In this document: piece by piece, positions 44,545 to 48,293 of the stretch
Layout of the letters: the number at the start of each line of letters is the position of its first letter
Numbering within the stretch: position 1 is the first letter of the stretch
Source of the DNA: a virus
Taxonomy: Duplodnaviria > Caudoviricetes
Reading direction: 5' to 3' (one strand)
DNA length: 48,293 nucleotides
IMG/VR virus record: IMGVR_UViG_3300034965_000025
Location: 1-48,293 of that record
Notes under the pieces: model-generated
What the model was told of the DNA's origin: nothing
Database searches by the model: none
What the model saw: the letters and a program-made list of their open reading frames with translations, nothing else
Position numbers and translations under genes: made by a program

Positions 44545-44862
44545 ATGTGGATAATGAGCGGGCACGCGCGTGCCCGCCTTGGTGAGAGGTTTGCTATTGT
44601 TGGAACAGGTAACCTTAACTTAGTAATGGAATTGCTTACGTCATCAAAGGAAATAAACCCACAAAAAAGTGGTAAAGAAAAAGTATTGTTTACTTTCAAT
44701 GGTTTGAAAATAATCGCAGTCATCGATAGACAAGATAAAGTAGTATTAACGTTTTCACCAACCAGGGCAACCGATATTGCTTTTAAGATGGCTGGATTGA
44801 CACTTGAAACAAAAGTCGAAAAAGCAAACAGCTTTTACTATTATCAGGACGTTGCTGAATAA
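44545..44862 (+). CDS. Hypothetical protein with RelE/DUF4258-like pattern
   Basis: S.HA..R..ERF N-terminal helix and C-terminal VV.T strand. Confidence 0.4.
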   Translation: MWIMSGHARARLGERFAIVGTGNLNLVMELLTSSKEINPQKSGKEKVLFTFNGLKIIAVIDRQDKVVLTFSPTRATDIAFKMAGLTLETKVEKANSFYYYQDVAE

Positions 44863-46697
44863 TTCCGCCCATACCATTCGTCCAAATACGGAACCGATTC
44901 ACCAGCAGACCACCGCTTAATATCAGCGGTGGTTTCTTTTAGGTCGCGTAGGCGGGGGCGAATTTGACAGGCGCAATTGTGGGACGCGAATCCGTTGGCG
45001 ATAAAAGTGTGAGTATTGGCAACCGTTAAATTGTAGACATACCCCTTGTAATGTTCTGACTTTGCAGATACAATAGCGCTACTATGAGTGGTAAAATCAA
45101 TATTGATCGGTTGGTGCTGGTTGACTTGTTTTGTGACAAGAACCTCCCAGTTAACCAAATCGCCAAGATCCTTGGAGTATCCAGGGGTTGCGTTGGGAGG
45201 AACCTTATTGATAATGGTTTCTCCGTTCCTGGAATTTCCGAGGGGCATCACAGGAGTTACGCCAACGGGAGAATTGCCAATACTGGGCCTGCTCATGATG
45301 CCGTTAGGGGTGTCAGCCATACTGACGAACATCGATCCTCCATAGCTCAGTTTTACTCCGGAACAATCAGGAGCCAATACGAGCGCATTATGTATGATGC
45401 CTTGGTCAGTCTTGGAGAAAAGCCTTTCCCTAATTTGGCAGTCGGGAGATTCAATATCGATCTGGCTATCGAAGACGTAAAACTTGCCATCGAAGTTGAT
45501 GGCGGTTGTTGGCATACTACCGCTAAGAAAAGACTCAAAGATATTAAAAAAATTGAATTCATTGAGCCGCTTGGGTGGACAACTGTCAGATACAAATTTG
45601 ACAAGCGGGATGGATTCGACGTCAATGCCTATGCTCGTGATGTTGTCGCCAGGCTTAATATCATGCGCCAAAACCCAATCATCGCCGATTAAAAACGGAT
45701 GTCCAGGAGTTGCTTGGATTTTTCTACCATCAGAAATTAATTCAAGCAACTCACCATCGTGTTTTGTTTTCCAGCAGTGTGTTATAGCCTGGACTGTTCC
45801 ATCGTGACTGATGACAAAATCCCCTGGCACAAGTGATTCAATGGGAACCTCTCCACTTGGAGTCAGCACCATAGTTCCAGCCGGGTGGCAATTCGGATGC
45901 GGCTGGCTTGGAACATCGGCGGCTTTATATGGTGATCCGGCAGCAAGATCAGGGCACAAACAGGAATGCTGGGCTGTATTAATCCTCAACCAATCATACT
46001 CCCCAGTACACCCCGGATTCTGTTCACCTTGCATTACCGCCCCGATTTTCATCGACGCGCCCAACTCCGTCCTGACCAGCCGGAGCGCTCGCCAGTCAAC
46101 GTTTTTGACTACGACGTCGCCGTATTTTGCCGATGTGTAGGCTTTGTCCAGGCTACCGATCCCGCCTTTGGTATAGTCCCCAATTGACCGCGCAATGTCA
46201 GCTGTGCTCTTTCCCTGGGCAATCCCGGAGTTAATTAACCGCGTGATCTGAGTCTGGTAATCCCCACCAATCTCCCAACACTTGCTGGACAGCGTGTAGC
46301 CATCCTGGTACATGCGGTTTACCGTATCGGCAATCAGTCGCTGGTTTATTCGGACAATCATGTTTTCAATTCCGGTTCTGGTTACAGCTTCCGAACCGGC
46401 GAACAGGTCGCCAAGCAGTTCGGCATCGATGGCCCCATATAGTGACTGGCCAGCTGATACCACGGCCGGCACCTCAGCCAGCAGCGATTCAGCAATGGTG
46501 GCAGTAGCCTGGGCCAGTTGGGTATTGATCGATGACAGACGCTCGGCAGCCAGGCCGGAGGCATCGGCAAATGCAGCCTCGACAGCCTCAGCGGCCAGCG
46601 CATAGGCGGCCTTAATTTCCGACATGCCAGACCGTATCAGCGACGGCCAGCGCCTGCAGGCTGCGGTGTAGGATTTGTAGTATTCGGTGGATGTCAT
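44844..46697 (-). CDS. MuF/SPP1 gp7-like head morphogenesis protein interrupted by an intein
   Basis: RA.RLVRTE and C.DLA...PHPN|C.C signature, split by the intein; directly downstream of the portal. Confidence 0.9.
   Translation of the reverse strand: MTSTEYYKSYTAACRRWPSLIRSGMSEIKAAYALAAEAVEAAFADASGLAAERLSSINTQLAQATATIAESLLAEVPAVVSAGQSLYGAIDAELLGDLFAGSEAVTRTGIENMIVRINQRLIADTVNRMYQDGYTLSSKCWEIGGDYQTQITRLINSGIAQGKSTADIARSIGDYTKGGIGSLDKAYTSAKYGDVVVKNVDWRALRLVRTELGASMKIGAVMQGEQNPGCTGEYDWLRINTAQHSCLCPDLAAGSPYKAADVPSQPHPNCHPAGTMVLTPSGEVPIESLVPGDFVISHDGTVQAITHCWKTKHDGELLELISDGRKIQATPGHPFLIGDDWVLAHDIKPGDNITSIGIDVESIPLVKFVSDSCPPKRLNEFNFFNIFESFLSGSMPTTAINFDGKFYVFDSQIDIESPDCQIRERLFSKTDQGIIHNALVLAPDCSGVKLSYGGSMFVSMADTPNGIMSRPSIGNSPVGVTPVMPLGNSRNGETIINKVPPNATPGYSKDLGDLVNWEVLVTKQVNQHQPINIDFTTHSSAIVSAKSEHYKGYVYNLTVANTHTFIANGFASHNCACQIRPRLRDLKETTADIKRWSAGESVPYLDEWYGRNYSATS
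45046..45074 (+). promoter_or_regulatory. Predicted antisense promoter inside the intein coding sequence
   Basis: TTGTAA-17-TACAAT, 9 nt upstream of ATG 45084. Confidence 0.55.
45084..45692 (+). CDS. DUF559/Vsr-like endonuclease with N-terminal HTH and NUMOD3-like motif, antisense within the intein
   Basis: NQIAKILGVSRGCV (HTH), G.SHTDEHRSSIA (NUMOD3-like), S.YE...IDLAI...KLAIEVDG.CWH...D.KK......GW..VR (DUF559/Vsr). Confidence 0.9.
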   Translation: MSGKINIDRLVLVDLFCDKNLPVNQIAKILGVSRGCVGRNLIDNGFSVPGISEGHHRSYANGRIANTGPAHDAVRGVSHTDEHRSSIAQFYSGTIRSQYERIMYDALVSLGEKPFPNLAVGRFNIDLAIEDVKLAIEVDGGCWHTTAKKRLKDIKKIEFIEPLGWTTVRYKFDKRDGFDVNAYARDVVARLNIMRQNPIIAD

Positions 46698-48293
46698 AAC
46701 CCGGATTGGCCTTCGGCATCAAGTATGTCCAGATACGGGGCATCTTTAAATGCCTTAAACTTGGCCGCATCCTGCCTCAACGCCCGGAACTCATCATAGG
46801 CCTCAATCGTGGCAGCCGGATAAAACGCTTTCAACTGCGCATGAATTACCGGCCCCGGAACGCCGGCATCAGTCATCTTCTGGACGGCATCGGCCACCTT
46901 TTGGAATATGTCAGCCTTGGTGGTTTCGCTCAAAGCGTCAAGCCTGTTCCATTCAACGCGGATATCGTTGGCCGGTGCCAGGATGTTGGCGCGGGCCTCG
47001 ATTGCGGCGACCGCCTGGAATACTGTCTGCCACTGGCGGGTATGCTGGCGTTGTTTTTTCCGGCAATAGGACATGAGCCGTTCCATCTGCTCTTCGCTGG
47101 ATGCATGGTTCCCAGTTGATACCAGCCCCCATGCAATCTCCGGGATACTGGAGCCTTGGACAATGGCATAAAACGCCATGTTCAGGTATTTCTCATATTC
47201 GGCCCCGGCACCCTGGGGGAATACAAACGCTGTTTTCTCTTTCCCTGCCAAATTAATAATAAAATCCATGTTGTTTTTATCGACATCGATCAGGCTGGTA
47301 AACCCGTTATTCCGGAGCCAATCGTTTACGTTTTCGGTTTCCTGGCTGACGAATGGCTGCATTTTTGCTAGGACCGTGGCCCATTGCAGTTTTACATCAT
47401 GGTAGGTTTTCAGGTCGGGTATAATTCGCTCAAGATCCGAATGGCCCCGGACCCGGCCAATATCTGGTTCATTGGCAAACGGTACCGGCATGATGCCAAG
47501 CGGGTTGCGCGATACTGTAGCCACACCGTCGCGCTCATCACGTATCCGGTCGCGCGTCCAGGACCGATTGCGGTTGACGATCTTGGACGTGCCAAAGCTT
47601 GCTTGCACGGTTATCTGCTCGGTGCTGATTACCTCGGTTATCTCGCCAGTAGTGATATCGACAATAACGTCGGAAATCTTGTCATCGATGATCAATTCCA
47701 GGTCAGTCAGCCCGGTTGACAGGTTGAAAAAAGGCCAGACCCAGATAGTACCGTCGCCATGGCTGGATGCGTGGACGGCATCGAACTTAGTAATCGCTGA
47801 CTCAACAAAATCAGTGAGGCGTTGCCGGACCTGTTCGCTTTCACAAACAGGAATCGGCACGCCCATGATGGCAATCGGGGTATGTATCGGCGCATAGGCC
47901 ATGGCACCGGCCAGTTTGTATCCAGGGTACGTGTTATGGACCAGCCCCCGTGTCAACTCGCCATTGATCTTGATGTTTTCGGTCATATCGACCGCGAAAG
48001 GTGTTCGGCGGGTTGTCAGAACCGGATTTTCGGTATCCTGCGAAGCCTTGGTTTTTTTCCAGTCAAATATGCCCATGGGCAAGGATTATATCATTGCGGG
48101 GTTTAGGTGTAAACCATAGCCTGATGTTGACATATTACGCATTATGTGATAATATTGTGGCAAGGAGAATCTATGAACAGTTTGAACAGTGTCTTGCTTG
48201 AAGGAAATCTGGTGGCAAATCCCGAGGAAATCAGAAACGGTGTTTGCGGTTTTACCTTTGAATCTTTCCGGTACAACAAGGTTGACGGTGATC
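46516..48293. repeat. Terminal direct repeat, right copy
   Basis: Re-reads positions 1-1778, including the whole portal gene and the start of ssb. Confidence 0.97.
46694..48076 (-). CDS. Portal protein (second copy, in the terminal repeat)
   Basis: Same translation as 179..1561. Its stop overlaps the MuF start (ATGA). Confidence 0.8.
   Translation of the reverse strand: MGIFDWKKTKASQDTENPVLTTRRTPFAVDMTENIKINGELTRGLVHNTYPGYKLAGAMAYAPIHTPIAIMGVPIPVCESEQVRQRLTDFVESAITKFDAVHASSHGDGTIWVWPFFNLSTGLTDLELIIDDKISDVIVDITTGEITEVISTEQITVQASFGTSKIVNRNRSWTRDRIRDERDGVATVSRNPLGIMPVPFANEPDIGRVRGHSDLERIIPDLKTYHDVKLQWATVLAKMQPFVSQETENVNDWLRNNGFTSLIDVDKNNMDFIINLAGKEKTAFVFPQGAGAEYEKYLNMAFYAIVQGSSIPEIAWGLVSTGNHASSEEQMERLMSYCRKKQRQHTRQWQTVFQAVAAIEARANILAPANDIRVEWNRLDALSETTKADIFQKVADAVQKMTDAGVPGPVIHAQLKAFYPAATIEAYDEFRALRQDAAKFKAFKDAPYLDILDAEGQSGL

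Larger units (their letters stand above)
44976..45890 (-). mobile_element. Intein (305 aa, residues 270-574 of MuF)
   Basis: Block A CHPAGTMVLT, block B ATPGHPF, block F VYNLTV..THTFIANG and block G SHN|C. Confidence 0.95.

Noticed and set aside
1-48293. Integrase/lysogeny module, DNA polymerase, alternative genetic code
   Set aside because: No recombinase or polymerase motifs were recognised. Genes are full-length in the standard code.

Overview
The window is an essentially complete ~46.5-kb tailed-phage genome (siphovirus-like). Bases 1-1778 recur at 46516-48293 with two mismatches that I could spot by eye. No integrase is recognisable. A spirochaete-type SSB paralogue suggests a Spirochaetales host (inference). 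Structural and lysis genes lie on the minus strand: TerS/TerL, portal, MuF, ClpP-type protease-scaffold, capsid, connectors, tail tube, tape measure, tail tip and lysis. They are split into modules by five plus-strand islands of early/replication genes: primase-VirE helicase, CoiA-like nuclease, IbrA/IbrB-like pair, SF2 helicase, VRR-NUC, fused Mre11-Rad50, two SSBs and an HNH-AP2 endonuclease. The most striking element is a 305-aa intein in the MuF head protein. Its endonuclease (HTH/NUMOD3 + DUF559/Vsr-like) is encoded as a separate gene on the opposite strand with its own predicted promoter, and both reading frames stay open. Other notable signals: (1) a genome-wide promoter grammar, with TTGACR-N5-CGCA promoters and leaderless promoters heading each structural module; (2) an unannotated Ser-Arg-Ser-Trp repeat micropeptide; (3) a ~350-nt structured intergenic RNA with a tRNA-like domain; (4) a kissing-loop leader before the primase; (5) overlapping spanin-like genes. 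All family assignments come from motif recognition by eye, not database searches.
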